From NCBI RefSeq assembly GCF_009914755.1, contig NC_060942.1: a stretch of DNA of 64,000 nucleotides. One strand, written 5' to 3'. Source of the stretch: the human T2T-CHM13v2.0 reference genome, Homo sapiens. Below the pieces are notes generated by a model. That model made no database searches and was not told the origin of the DNA. It saw nothing but the letters and a program-made list of their open reading frames with translations. Of this stretch, positions 31,102 through 45,700 are shown in pieces (within the stretch, counting starts at the first letter, position 1; the number at the start of each line of letters is the position of its first letter). Made by a program: the position numbers and the translations under genes.

Positions 31102-31247
31102 CAAGACCATTGAATAATTTGAAGAGCCCAGTGCAAACTGAGCTCCTCACTCAGACAAGTGGGACAGTGTTCAAAAATTACTGAGAATTCAACATGGCTC
31201 TAACAGAGAATTAACCCATATGCCACATACACATAAAGCAGGCCCTT
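31102..31247 (-). mobile_element. MER45A-like hAT relic
   Basis: Reverse complement reads agggcctgctttatg...aatttttgaaca...tttgcactgggc...caaattat. Confidence 0.55.
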
Positions 31248-31394
31248 CTAGTACAATTTTGCAAAGGAATAATCTCCCTGAGTCCCATTTGAGGGGGATG
31301 GTGACATGGTGGAGGATGGAGATATTTAAGAGAAGAACTGACCCGGTAGCCCCTCTGCCCTGGAGGCAGCCTCACAATTCCCTTGCCTGTAGTA

Positions 31395-31468
31395 ATTTTT
31401 GTTTTTGTTTTGAGAGATGGGGTCTCACTATGTTGTCCAAGCTGGCCTCCCACTCTTGGGCTCAAGAG
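31395..31468 (-). mobile_element. Alu/FLAM fragment
   Basis: gagatggggtctcactatgttgtccaagctggcctc. Confidence 0.7.
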
Positions 31469-31799
31469 GAGCCTGGTGAGGTTCTAGGGAAACTGTCTTC
31501 CTTCCCATTAGAAAGCTACTATGTAGTCTCTGACTTTTTGTAAGTCAGTTCTCTTTTCATCATCTTTCTGTTTAACTTTTAAACAAATGTGCTCAAATTC
31601 CTCATTTATTGTTGTTTTTAATGTTCTTTGTCCTTGTGGGTGAATATTGTCCTTGTTTCATTATTATAATTTAGTGGGGTTTTAGGGAGAGAGGCTATAA
31701 GTGCATAGGACTAATCTGCCAATTATGACCTTGAAGAGGCATCAGTGAAGGGGTAACAACTTCATGAGAGACCCGTGACAACATTGAGCCCATGGTGGA

Positions 31800-31990
31800 C
31801 CTTAAGTGAGATTGTTAGATTTAAATCTGCTGCTTCCCCAGCTCTGCCACTTAGCAGTTTCATGACCTGGACATGCCTAAGTTTTCTTACCTATAACAAC
31901 AGGGGCATACTTATACTGTGCTACTTGCCTTGTAGCATTGTTATGTGATAAAGGGAATCAGTACTTGCAAATCCTGAAAAGGTTTATTAT
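31800..31990 (+). mobile_element. MIR
   Basis: cccagctctgccacttagcagtttcatgacctgg. Confidence 0.55.
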
Positions 31991-32413
31991 TGAAATAGAA
32001 AGGAGAAGGTGAGTCCCTGATGGTTGGAACAAATGGCACCTCTGTGGAGAGCTTCCCCTTGAAATGGAGCCAATGAACTTTGGAAACAAGGAAGGGGGTC
32101 TGTATGAAGCTTGAGAACTGTTCTTATATTGCATTCTACAGATGCTGATGAACTGGTTTGCCAAGGTGACTGTGGCACAGAGTCTGAAGGAACCAGCCAC
32201 TACTTTTACCTCTGAACTGTTTGTTGAGCCCTCTCTCTATTTTCCCTTACATTTGGGTATACAAGTCCAGGACTGCAGGTCTAAAGAGTCCAAATCTCAC
32301 CCTCCCTCCCCAAAGGTCCAGTTACTGATGAGTGCTGTCAGCAACTAGAATCCCACTGGTATGTGGGGCACATGGGCTGTTCAGGGTTTCTTTGGTTACT
32401 AGTGACAGAAACC

Positions 32414-32577
32414 CAGTGGCTCATGCCTGTAGTCCCAGTCACTCAAGAGGCTGAGGAGGAAGATTACTTGAGCCCAGGAGTTCAAGGCTGCAGTGAGCTA
32501 TGATTGTGCTTGTGAATAGCCACTACAATTCAGCCTGGGCAACACAGCAAGACCCTGTTTTGCTAAAAAAAAAAAAG
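32414..32577 (+). mobile_element. FAM (fossil Alu monomer)
   Basis: Retains the 7SL-like tgtgaatagccact segment absent from dimeric Alu. Confidence 0.75.
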
Positions 32578-33470
32578 TTTAAGAAAAAAGAAATATAAAA
32601 TAAGAATGTTTAGGCTAAAGTAAATAATTTATGACGAGACAGAGCAGGCCTCGAAGATAACAGCAGTGGGTTCTCTCTCCACTCTCATCTTGGCACATGC
32701 CTGTAGGTGGCTCTTATTCACTCATAGGCCATGGCCACTAGAAATTCAAAGCCAGGTTCAAGCTAGCAGCCACTCCACTGCCTTCTACTCTAGTATGTTT
32801 AGGGCTTTGTGAGGTTACCTAAGATATTGTTCACAAACCTAGAGGTATATGCATGGAGGTGAGGGTTTCATGTTGAAAGATAAAGGCAGACTCTGTAACA
32901 CATCAGAGTGTTCTTATCTCCTTGGACTTTGAGTGACTATAAGCGAAAAGTGAATGGAATCCAAGAGGGAAAATAAGAACATAGCAAAATACTGTCTGCC
33001 TAGACCTTTGATCCTAGTCCACCCAAGCTAACTTTGAAATGAGCTGTGTAACTCACCAGCATTGGAAATATTCTGGAGCAGAGGCAATTTACTGTACTGC
33101 ACCTGAATAAACAAAGAGCCATGAGATTGCTTCCTCGTTGCCCCTTAATCAAAAGCCTATTCCCTACTTAAAGGGGATACTCATGTTTCTGAATTCATGT
33201 TTTTCCTGTCAAAGTATTGATTTTATATTATTTTGACGCCACTAGAGAGAAGAGGTAAAATTCCTAGACATATTGGAAGAAATAATATACTCTCCAGAAA
33301 GAAAAGAAACTGGGAATGTAAAATTCGGAGAAAGTGAATAGAAATAAAACCTGAATCAAATGTTGTTGACTAGAACCAAAAGATGTCAGAGAAAAAAGAG
33401 AAAAAGCCAGCGAGTACTGGAGAAACATAACTGAAGGAGCATCTACAAAATCTTCTGGAAAAGAAACACA

Positions 33471-33492
33471 GGATGGATGGATAGATAGACAG

Positions 33493-33540
<48 letters not shown>
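33471..33540. repeat. (GGAT)n/(GATA)n tetranucleotide STR
   Basis: Direct reading. Confidence 0.95.
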
Positions 33541-33541
<1 letters not shown>

Positions 33542-33792
33542 TGCACATGCAGTGATAGATACAGGCATGACCAAGGGCCTGTGCCACCTTCTTAGTGGGA
33601 CAGAATTGAGTAAGCTTTATCTCAGAACCACTTATAGATCTTCACATATGCTGATTTATAGAAAGACAAGTGGCACTGCTTAAAAGGAACCACAAAGAAT
33701 TTTTAATATTTGTAAATTATTAGGCAGAAAATTGAAGGCGTGAGGAATATAAACCATACTTTTGCTCTTTATTCCAAACTGTCTATGGGAAC

Positions 33793-34681
33793 TGTGTGTG
33801 TGGTTTTTTTTTTTTTGTTTTTTTTTTTTTTTGCACGCAACAATTACTTCTTCAGACTCCAACTTGGTGTCCTACAATTCAATTCCATTTAATTCTGACA
33901 CTACCTACCTGGAGGTAGCATCTGATCCAACAGCTTAAGGGCTCAGTCCCACCTTAGGGGCCAGTCACAAGTCCCAAGTTGTCACCTGTACTTCTGACCA
34001 ACCAACTGTAAATAAATTCCGCATCCCTTTTTCAGGTTCAATCATTTGCTAAAGAAATATTTGTATTTGTATAAAATTTTGTAAGAAAAATAATTACTTG
34101 GGTTTATGGGCTTATTCTAAAGGATATTACAAAGGACACATGAACAGCCAGATGAAGATGTACATAGGGCAAGGTCGCAAGATTCCCAAGCACAGCAGCT
34201 TCTGTCCCCATGGAGTTGGGGGTTCAGTCACCCTCCCTGCATGTGGATGTATTCAACCGGGAAGCTCTTCAAATCCTATTGTTTAGGGTTTTATGGAGGT
34301 TGCGTCATGTAGGCATGATTGGTTAAGTAATTGGCCATTGGTAATTAAACTCAATCTCCAGCCCCTCTCCCCTCCTTGGAGGTAAAGGGGTGGGGCTGAA
34401 AGTTCCAACCTTCTAATCACATGATTGGTTCTTCTGGCAATTAGCCCCACCCTGAAGGCATCTAAAAGCTTTCTGCTACCAGCCATTTCATTAATATTCA
34501 AAGTGACACTCATCATTCAGAGATTTCAAGTGTCCTAGAAACTCTTGTGCCAAGAACTGGAGACTAAGATCAAATTTGATACCAAAGATGCTCCCATCAC
34601 TTGGGAAGTTACAAGAGTTTTAGAAGCTCTGTCCCAGAAACTGGGGGATAGAGACACATACACATTTCTCATTATGCCACA
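33793..34681 (-). mobile_element. MER21-family LTR
   Basis: gtcctacaattcaatt...ctgacactacctacctggaggtagcatctgatcc...cattatgccaca. Confidence 0.75.
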
Positions 34682-35188
34682 GGGACTTTGAGAGAGAAAT
34701 ATAGGAGGGAAATAGTTTTTTACTAGCAGGTATGAGGCCATTTGGCATTTTGGACCTTAGCATAAAGGGCTGGAATGAGAATTTCCTAATGAGAGATAAA
34801 GTGGATCCCACAAAGATAGGGAAGAAGACTCTTGGTCAGAGACTGACTAATCTGCTCAGGAGGATTTTAAAAATATATATTAGTTTGGGGGGTTGTTTTT
34901 TCACAAGAAATGTATGAAGATGAAAATAAAATGATTCAGAAGTCCACCGTGCAGAATAAATCTTAATGTTAAACAATAAATAAAGTAACCTACACACACT
35001 TGAAAAAAGTTGAAACGGTACACAAGAATTTTTGACACAAAATGTGGAGAAGGATGGAGGGAAAAAAAGTATGGCATGGAGGAGGAATAAGAGGGTAGGA
35101 GATTCCCATGACTCTCATGAGGAAAGTGGTTGAGAACATGCTTATGGCCTCAGCTTCTCCAATGTGCAGGGACTGGCCACTCAGGTCA

Positions 35189-35534
<346 letters not shown>

Positions 35535-36347
35535 TAATTAACTAAGACTATATGATGAGATTGAAAAGTCAAATATGATGGGAGGGTGTATTTTATTCAA
35601 AAGAAACACATATTAGGTAGCTTATTAAGAAGATATGCAGCAACCTTGATGAAGTGAACAGCTATTTATCAAGCACATAAGATGTGCCAGGAACTATTAT
35701 AGGTGTTGGGTTCCAACAATCTCTCAAGGAGCTTATAGTCTACAACCTCAAACTGCTTTTCCAACCCAGTATAATGGATATATATAATTAAATAGAATAA
35801 GTTGTTCTACTGAGAAAATAAGGTCATAACTGCAAGAAAATTGTATTGTTCCTTGAAAGCTCTGATATGCAGTCTTTTAAAAAAAAATGCATAGAAGATG
35901 AAAAAAAGGGATTAAACCAAGGAAGACTTTACAGGCTTAGACAGACGTGTAAGAATGATATCAGGAAAAATAATACATAAAAGGAGATGGAGCTTGATTT
36001 TTTTAAAGTAAACATTTTTATTGAACTATAGCATTCATTCCTAAAGGCACAGCAAGCACAATTGTACCACTCAATTTGTTTTCACAAACTCAACACATCT
36101 ATGTAACTAGCACCCAGATAAAAAACCAAAACATTGTCAGCATTCCCAGAAACATCTTCCCGGCTCCTCAGGCACTCCAGTCACCCCCAACTCCTCCAAA
36201 GCTAACCACTATAGCTTAGTTTTGCCAAAACCAGTTCACTTTCTTAAAATTACTTTGTTAAGGTATAAACTACAGAAATTTAAAATGTAAAATTAAGAAT
36301 CACAAAATAAAGATACTGAACATTTTCTTCACCCCTGAAAGTTGCCT

Positions 36348-36958
36348 TATAACCGGACAGCAGGTTAGTTGCTTGCTGCATGCAGAGTCCAGTTAACAAG
36401 AGCAAGGTCTGGTACAGAGTGGTTTATTCCGAACCTAGCTTGGGGAGGTAGCACAAATGTCCATTCAACCTACAAATGTGCTGCTTCAATTCTGGAGCAT
36501 AAAGTGGACACTTTTATAAGGCAGGGGAGGGAGGGAGCAAGAGCAAAGAGTTCTCCTGCTAGCTTGTTGCCTTATCTACTGGGCAGTTGAGTTGGTGCCT
36601 TCCAGGACAGGGGTAAGTGGTAAAAGTGGACAAGTGGGCATGCTTTTGACAAGCCCTCTTGGTGGGTGTGAGTTCTGAGGTGACCCCCACTGCCTGGAGG
36701 GTGAAAGTTCTTAGGTAAGTATGCTTTGGTCTGCAAATTGACTGCCAACTTTCAAGGAGATCTGTCTTGGAGCAGATAGTTAGATGAACTTGCCCCATAA
36801 GGACTGTCTGTTGAGGGGGAGGTGAAAGGTTATAGTTGCATTTCTAAAGGGCTAAGTAGGAATCTGGGAATGGGGGAGGGAGGGGAAATAAGAAAAGAAG
36901 AAAAAATAATTAAAAATAATTAAACTATCTCTTAGAAAAATGGAGATACTTTGTTATA
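36348..36958 (-). mobile_element. ERV1 solo LTR (LTR26-like)
   Basis: Reverse complement starts tataacaaagtatctccatttttctaag; TSD gcct/gccc. Confidence 0.7.
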
Positions 36959-37004
36959 GCCCTACGTCCCTCTATAATACATCCCTCCCCAAAAGAACTT
37001 CTTG

Positions 37005-37351
37005 GTTTGTTTTCTTTTCTCTTCTGTCTTTCTTTTTAGAGACAAGCTCTTTCTCTGTTGCCCAGGTTGGAGTACAATGGTGCAATTATAGATCACTGCA
37101 GCCTTGAACTCCTGGGCTCCAGTGATGTCCCACCTCAGCCTCCCGAGTAGCCTGGACTACAGCCATGTTCCACCACAGCCGGCCAATATATTCATGTGTG
37201 TGTATATATATATAAAAACTTTATTTCTTTTTGTAGAGATGAGGTCTCACTAGATTGCCTAGGCTGATCTCAAACTTCTGACCTCAAGCAATCTTCCTGC
37301 CTTGGCCTCCCAAAGCACCGGGAACAGAGGCATGAGCCACCTCACCTGGCC
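37005..37351 (-). mobile_element. AluJ
   Basis: gatcactgcagccttgaactcctgggctc. Confidence 0.85.
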
Positions 37352-37871
37352 TCTGATCTATTTTCTGTCACCATACATTAATTTGTGTTTTCTAGAATTT
37401 TATGCACATGGTATTATACGATAAGTGCTCTTTATTTTGTGGTTTGACTTCTTTCATTCAGCCTAATGATTCTGAGATTTATCCATGTTTTTGATTGCAT
37501 CAGAGGTTGTTCCTTGGTATTGCTGAGTAGCATCCTATTGTATTGGATATACCACAATTTATCCATTCATCTGTTGAAGAACATTTGGGTTGCTTATAGG
37601 TTTATGGCTGTTATAAATAAAGTTGCTATCAACATTTGTGACCAAGTCTTTGTATGAACATAAGCTTTTATTTTTCTTTGACAAATAACCTAGGAGTGGA
37701 ATGGCTGAGTATATGGTAGGTGTATGTTTAACTTTTTAGGATACTGCCAACCTGTCTTCAAAGGTGGCGTAGCATTTTATAAACTCAACAGCAGTTTATG
37801 AAAATGCCAGTTGCACCACATCTTCACCAATATTTGCTATTATTATTCTTTATAAATTGTAGTCATTCTAA

Positions 37872-38181
<310 letters not shown>

Positions 38182-38357
38182 TCATTGTGGGTTTTTAAAT
38201 ATGCATTTTCCTCATTCTTAGTCGGGTTAAGCATCTAATTATGTTCTTATTAGCCATTTTTATGTATTATTTTGTGAATTGTCTTTTTTTTTTAATTCCA
38301 AGATCATCAAAAGGGCCTTAAATAAATGTTCACAGCCAAGAGAAGCACGGATAATAG

Positions 38358-38718
<361 letters not shown>

Positions 38719-38897
38719 TAGTCCTCTATTTTCAGGAGAAGTACCTTCAGGGTGAGATGAAGAAAAGCAGTCCCTCAAGCAGAAAAAAATAGCAGCCTCA
38801 CAAGACAAACTGGATGGAGACTGAGGAAGGGATCTAGTGGTCCATCAATATCCATTTCTCCTTTCTCTCTTTAAAACCTACAAATTTTAGCTGGATG

Positions 38898-39003
38898 TAG
38901 GGTGACCAACCATCCCCCTATTTACCCAGGACTAAGGGGGTTCCCAAGATGCAGAACTCTGGTGCTAAAACCTGAAAAGAGCTGGGCAAACTAAGATGAG
39001 TTA
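38898..39003 (+). mobile_element. MER81 (hAT-Blackjack)
   Basis: tagggtgaccaaccatccc...ccaggactaagggggttccc...gtgctaaaacctg. Confidence 0.65.
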
Positions 39004-39329
39004 AATGGAGATGATCATTTCCCTGCCTCACTTTCAGTTATATGTTCTGGCCAATGAAATAAGAGCAAAAAATGATGTGTGAAATTCCTGGGTTATTCAT
39101 ATTGGAGGAAAGAGCATGCCCTTCCCTTCCTTCCTTTCTGTCTTGGTTGTGCGCTAATATACTATATTAGTTAGGCAGCTGTAAAAAGGACACCTAAATA
39201 CAGGCGCTTAAGCAAAATAGAAGTTTATTTCTCTAACACATAAACACTGGTTAGGCACCGCTGGTTGTTACGGCAGCTCTGTAATAATCAAGGATCCAGG
39301 GAATCGCTAGGTTCTAAAATGGATGCACC

Positions 39330-40065
39330 AAGAACAAGTTTTGTTAAACTTGCCTTGGTTTCACTCTTTTGAGATGGTTTCTATGCTGGTAGGTCAGTAA
39401 AATGTGTACTTACCAAAAAGCTATTGAGAAAAAGATACATGACAACCATGCAGATTTGTCCTGGGTACAAGTACAACTAGGTGGAATAATAACTGGTTGA
39501 GCAATCACACCCAAAGGGTATTGAGTAATGCATCAATATCAGCTTCAAAGGAAACTTCAAGAGGTGTGCCTTGATCTGGCTCAATATTTTTATCAGTGAT
39601 TTAGATGTATACACAGTGAAGTACTCATAAAATTGACAGATGACATGAAACCAAGAAAGATAGTAAAAGCTAATGAAGACAGAATTGGGCCAAAACCTCT
39701 TGCTGCCTAGAATGGCAGGCTGCATCTAACAAGGTGAAGTGATAAATGTGTGTTCGTGAACTCAAATTTTTTTTTAAAAAACAGACAAAACAAAAACAAA
39801 ACTCCATGCAACTAGGTAAAAAATGGGAGAAAAATGAATTTGTTTTAGCTATGGAAAAGAATTGGGGTGTTTTAGGTGACAGCTCAAAATGAATCAACAG
39901 GGCAAAGCTAGAGCAGCTCTGGCTGACTGCATTAATGGAGTGACTGGAGGGTATGGCTCTGCTAGCAACATCTGAAGTGGCAGTTTCATGCCACAGTGTG
40001 AAAGATAGAGAGGCATGTCCTGGAGAAGGACCAGAGGTGACTTGAAACTGATCTCAAATATTGGA
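39330..40065 (+). mobile_element. L3/CR1 LINE reverse-transcriptase relic
   Basis: Decayed LNIFISDLD and KLTDDMK, resembling CR1 FNIFINDLD and KFADDTK. Confidence 0.7.
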
Positions 40066-40624
40066 GGTCTGTTCTGTGGCACTCCTACCCTACATGGCTA
40101 TGGCCATGACCCTTCCATCTGGCTCTCACACTCCACTCCACTCTTTTATCTGACTATCCACCTGCTCCTAAGCTTCAGCTTGGCACTTTGCTCCTGTTGT
40201 TTGTCCTCACACATTGGTTCCTCCTGCTGCTGTCTGCTTTGAGAACACTCTTTTCTTAGTGTCAAGGAGACTGGATGATCTCAAGAGTAGAGGAGATAAG
40301 TGTGAACAGTGAGAATGGTTAGGCCCCAAGCATCTTCTCTTAAAGGGGGACCTTTTCTGACTATCAATGCATAAACTATCAATGCATAAAAGAAGGTAGT
40401 TAAAAGTGGCAACTTTTTAATGTGCAAATTTCTCCAAACTGTAGAACTTGCTACGCTTTTGAGGACTAGTTTATAGTATAGGGCAGTGTAGAGCAGTTAC
40501 TTTAGATACGTTCTGTACTTGTATGTTTGATACATGTACAGAACACACTGCACCACATTATCATACTACTGGCCATCATACTCTCTAGTCATATATATAA
40601 AATATGACTAGAGACAGAGAGCTA

Positions 40625-40957
<333 letters not shown>

Positions 40958-40959
40958 TC

Positions 40960-41115
40960 AATGGGCATAAAGTTTGGGTTATGCAAGATCAATGAGTTCT
41001 AGAGATTTGTGGAACATCGTGCTTATAGTTAACAATACCACAATACCATTTTGTATGCTCTAAATATTATTAAAAGAGTGAATTTAATGTCTTTACCACA
41101 ATAAAATAAAATTAA
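40960..41115 (+). mobile_element. Short L1MA/MB 3' end
   Basis: gagttctagagat...atagttaacaatac...accacaataaaataaaa. Confidence 0.65.
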
Positions 41116-41191
41116 TTAGGGAAAAAAATGCAGATCTTTCTTTCCTCCAAGGCAGGCATTCCTCCCACAGCACCAAAACAAAAATCAACCA

Positions 41192-41552
<361 letters not shown>

Positions 41553-41700
41553 TCAAGAATTAGGCAGAGGATCTATTTAAAAAGATGACTTCAACAACAT
41601 TATAAACCAACTAGACTTAACAGACATGTATAAAACATAAATAACTCTTCCCCAGAAAACAACTAAACCTGCTGAATAAAAATTTAAAATATATGCACTT

Positions 41701-41842
41701 GGCTGGGCACAGTGGCTCATGCCTGTAATCCCAGCACTTTGGGAGCTGAGGCAGGAGGATAGCTTGAGGCTCAGAGGTCAAGATCAGCAACCTGGGCAAC
41801 ATAGCAAGACCCCCATCTCCACAAAAAAATTTTAAAATAAAA
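41701..41842 (+). mobile_element. FLAM / Alu left monomer
   Basis: Monomer with A-rich end. Confidence 0.78.
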
Positions 41843-42445
41843 TACATGTACTTATAAATGTAGCACTGAGCTTGCAAGGCAGTAAGGAAGCCTCACAGGT
41901 CAAAATGAAATAAATGTTGAAATCCAGATATGAAAGATAGCACTGAGATTGGCTTTCATCTTGAGGCCATTTGCCCAGCAATGGTGACCCTGAGTTTTCA
42001 TTAGATGGTCCTTCGTGCTATGACAAACAGGAGCTAAAATCCAAGACCCGCCCAAAGTGCAGAATCTAAAAGGAGATCCCTGCATAAAGTTAGAAACACA
42101 AGGGGTATAGTGGCAGCATAATGATAGATTGCAAATAAATTAACCCTAAAGAAAAAAATTGTAAGGAAACTTGCCTGTCTTAACTTTGACATTGAGTGAA
42201 GGAGGAAAAATGCAGCCCTGATAATGTGTAATCCTAAGCAGGCCTCATATGGGTTTTGGCCTGAATTCAAACTACTCATTAGGTTTTAAAAATCTCAGTT
42301 TGAAAATTTAGAGTAATCTCAAGCATCCGCAGAAGCAAACCAAATCTTTCATGAAAGAAAATACCTTAAATTGAAGCCTCAAAGTTCCAAAGAATAGGAG
42401 CTCTCTGTCAAATATTATAGAATATATGCAAAACAAGGTAATGAG

Positions 42446-42760
42446 GCTGGGCGCGGTGGCTCATGCCTGTAATCCCAGCACTTTGGGAGGCCGAGGCGGG
42501 TGGATCACGAGGTCAGGAGATCAAGACCATCCTAGCTAACATGGTGAAACCCCATCTCTACTAAAAAATACAAAAATTAGCTAGGCATGGTGGCGTGCGC
42601 CTGCAGTCCCAGCTACTCAGGAGGCTGAGGCAGGAGAATCACTTGAACCTGGGTGGTGGAGGTTGCAGTGAGCCGAGATCGTGTCACTGCCCTGCACTCC
42701 AGCCTGGGCGACAGAGCGAGACTCCATCTCAAAGCAAACGAACAAACAAACAACAACAAC
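42446..42760 (+). mobile_element. AluSc/Y-like
   Basis: Perfect 15-bp TSD AAACAAGGTAATGAG (42431-42445 / 42761-42775). Confidence 0.92.
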
Positions 42761-43155
42761 AAACAAGGTAATGAGTGATAGCAGATAGCATACTCAATCT
42801 ACAAAGATGCCAACTACTGGAATTAAATAGATACTAATTATAAAATAAGCTTGTTTAGTGGGTATATAGAAATTTAAAAAGGGGGAGTCAAAATTAAACT
42901 AGAGAGAAATAACTAACTAAAAGTAACCAAGCATAATTTTAAAGGACCAAAAGATTTTCTAGAAATAAAAAATAATATTTCAAGAATGAGGAAGATCAAT
43001 AAAAGAAAGATGATGTACAATATAAACCAACAAGACCTAACAGACACAAATAGAACATTCCATTCAATAACAGCAGAGTATACATTTTTCTTAAGTGCAC
43101 ATGGAATATTCTCCAGAACAGTCCCTATGCTATGGTATATAACAAGCCCCAGTAA

Positions 43156-43479
<324 letters not shown>

Positions 43480-45381
43480 TGAAATTATATGAAATAGATT
43501 CTCTGACCACAATGGAATGAAATTAAAAACTGATAACAGAAAAAAATTGGAGATGTTCACAAATATGTAGAAATTAAACAATATTCTTCTAAGTAACTAA
43601 AGAGTCAAAGAAGAAATCACAAGGGAAATTAGAAAATGAATGAAAATAAAAATGCAATATGCCGAAGTTTCTGGGATGCAGTGAAATTAATGCTTAGAGG
43701 GAAATGTATACTGATAAATGTCTATATTTAAAAAAAAAGAAAAAAATCCACATTAAGAACCTGATATTCTACCTTAAGATATTAGAAAAAGAAGAGCAAA
43801 CTAAACCCAAAGAAGCAGAAGGAAAAAAAATCATAAAGAGTAGAGAGAGAAATAAATAAAGAATAGAAAGATAATGGAGATAATCACCAAAAGTTTCCTT
43901 TTTTAAAATAAGTTCACTGGTATCTCTTTCCTATTTATAGCCAAAGGAGACTTCTCTGTACCCAGAATCTCAGTAAATGACAGTAAAATACGATTTCCTT
44001 TCACCAATGCTCTCAGGTAAATGTTAGAAATTTCCCCAAAATAATGTTACTGTTTTATATTTAATGTAAATACTCTTCTAACCAAGCTCTAAAATTGTCA
44101 CCTAAAGTTACATCATTATCCATTCATCCTTTTGGATTAAGTATTGCCCCCAAAAGAGTCATTGATTTGAAAAGATTTTTAAAAATTGACAAAACTTTAG
44201 CTAGACTGACCAAGAGAAAAAGATAGAAGGCTCAAATTGCTAAAATCAGGAATGAAAGATGAGATATCATTATTGATCTTCAATAAATAAAAAGGAATTT
44301 AAGGAAATACTATGAATAATTGCATGCCAACAAGTTAGGTTACCTAAAAGAACAAATTTCTAGAAACATACAAACTATCAAAACTGTCTCAAAATGAAAG
44401 AGGAAGTCTGAGCAGAGAGACAAGAAGTAAAGCGATTGAATTATCTATTAACAACAACAACAAAACAAATGAAGAAACAAACAAACCAAAAACTAACCAC
44501 ACAGAAAAGCCCAACCCACATGGCTAAACTACTGGACTCTACTGAGCTTTTAAGAAAGAATTAACATGAGTTTTTCACAAACTCTTGTAAAAATTAGAAT
44601 TGGTATATACTTCCCAACTTACTCTCTGAGACCAGAATTTCCCTGACACCGAAACTAGACAAAAACATCACAAGAAAGCTACAGACCAATTTTGAATACA
44701 GACTGAAATATCCCCATCAAAATACCAGCAAACTGATTTCAGCAGCATATAGAAAGGATTATACATCATGACCACGTGGGATTTATCACAGTATGTGAGC
44801 TTGGCTTACCATATGAAAATCAATCAATGTAACATGTCATATTAGTAGAGTAAGGGGGCAAAAACTACATGATCATCTCAATAGACATAGAAAAACATTC
44901 CACAAAACCCATCCTTTCATAAAAAAAAAAAAAAACTCTAGGGATAAAGGAGAAATTCCTCAATCTGATAAAGGCCATCCATGAAAAACACATAGCTAAC
45001 AATGTATTTAAAGGTGAAAAACTGAGTATTTTCCCCCTAGGATCAGGAACAAGACAAGGATATCCGCTCTCACTGCTTCTATTCAACATGATATATTGGA
45101 AGTTCCAGCCACAGCAATTAAGCAAGAAAGAAACATAAAACATTCAGATTGGAAGGGAAGAAGTAAAATTATATAAAATCAACAAGATTGCAGGATACAG
45201 TATCAATATACAAAAAGCAATTATATTTCTATATGTAAGCAATGGGCAATCTGAACGTAAAATTTGGAAATATTATGTTTATAATAGCATCAAAAAGAAT
45301 AAAATACTTAGAAATAAACTTAGGAGGAGTAAAACTTGTGCACTGAAAATTACAAAACATCATTGAAAGAAATTAAATTAG

Positions 45382-45659
45382 GGCCAAGTGTGGTGGCTCA
45401 TGCTTGTAATCCCACCACTTTAGGAGGCTGAGGCAGGTGGATCACATGAGGCCAGGAGTTCAAGACCAGCCTGGCCAACAAAACGAAACCCCATCTCTAT
45501 TAAAAACAGAAAAAATTAGCCAGTTCTGGTGGTGTGCACCTGTAACCCCAGCTACAACCTGGGAGGTTGAACCTGGGAGGTGGCAGTTGCAGTGAGCCAA
45601 GATCGTGCCACTGCACTCCAGACTAGGTGATAGAGCGAGACTCTGTCTCAAAAAAATAA

Positions 45660-45698
<39 letters not shown>

Positions 45699-45700
45699 AA
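45382..45700 (+). mobile_element. AluS with right-monomer deletion and (TAAA)n tail
   Basis: Dimer with tetranucleotide tail. Confidence 0.88.
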
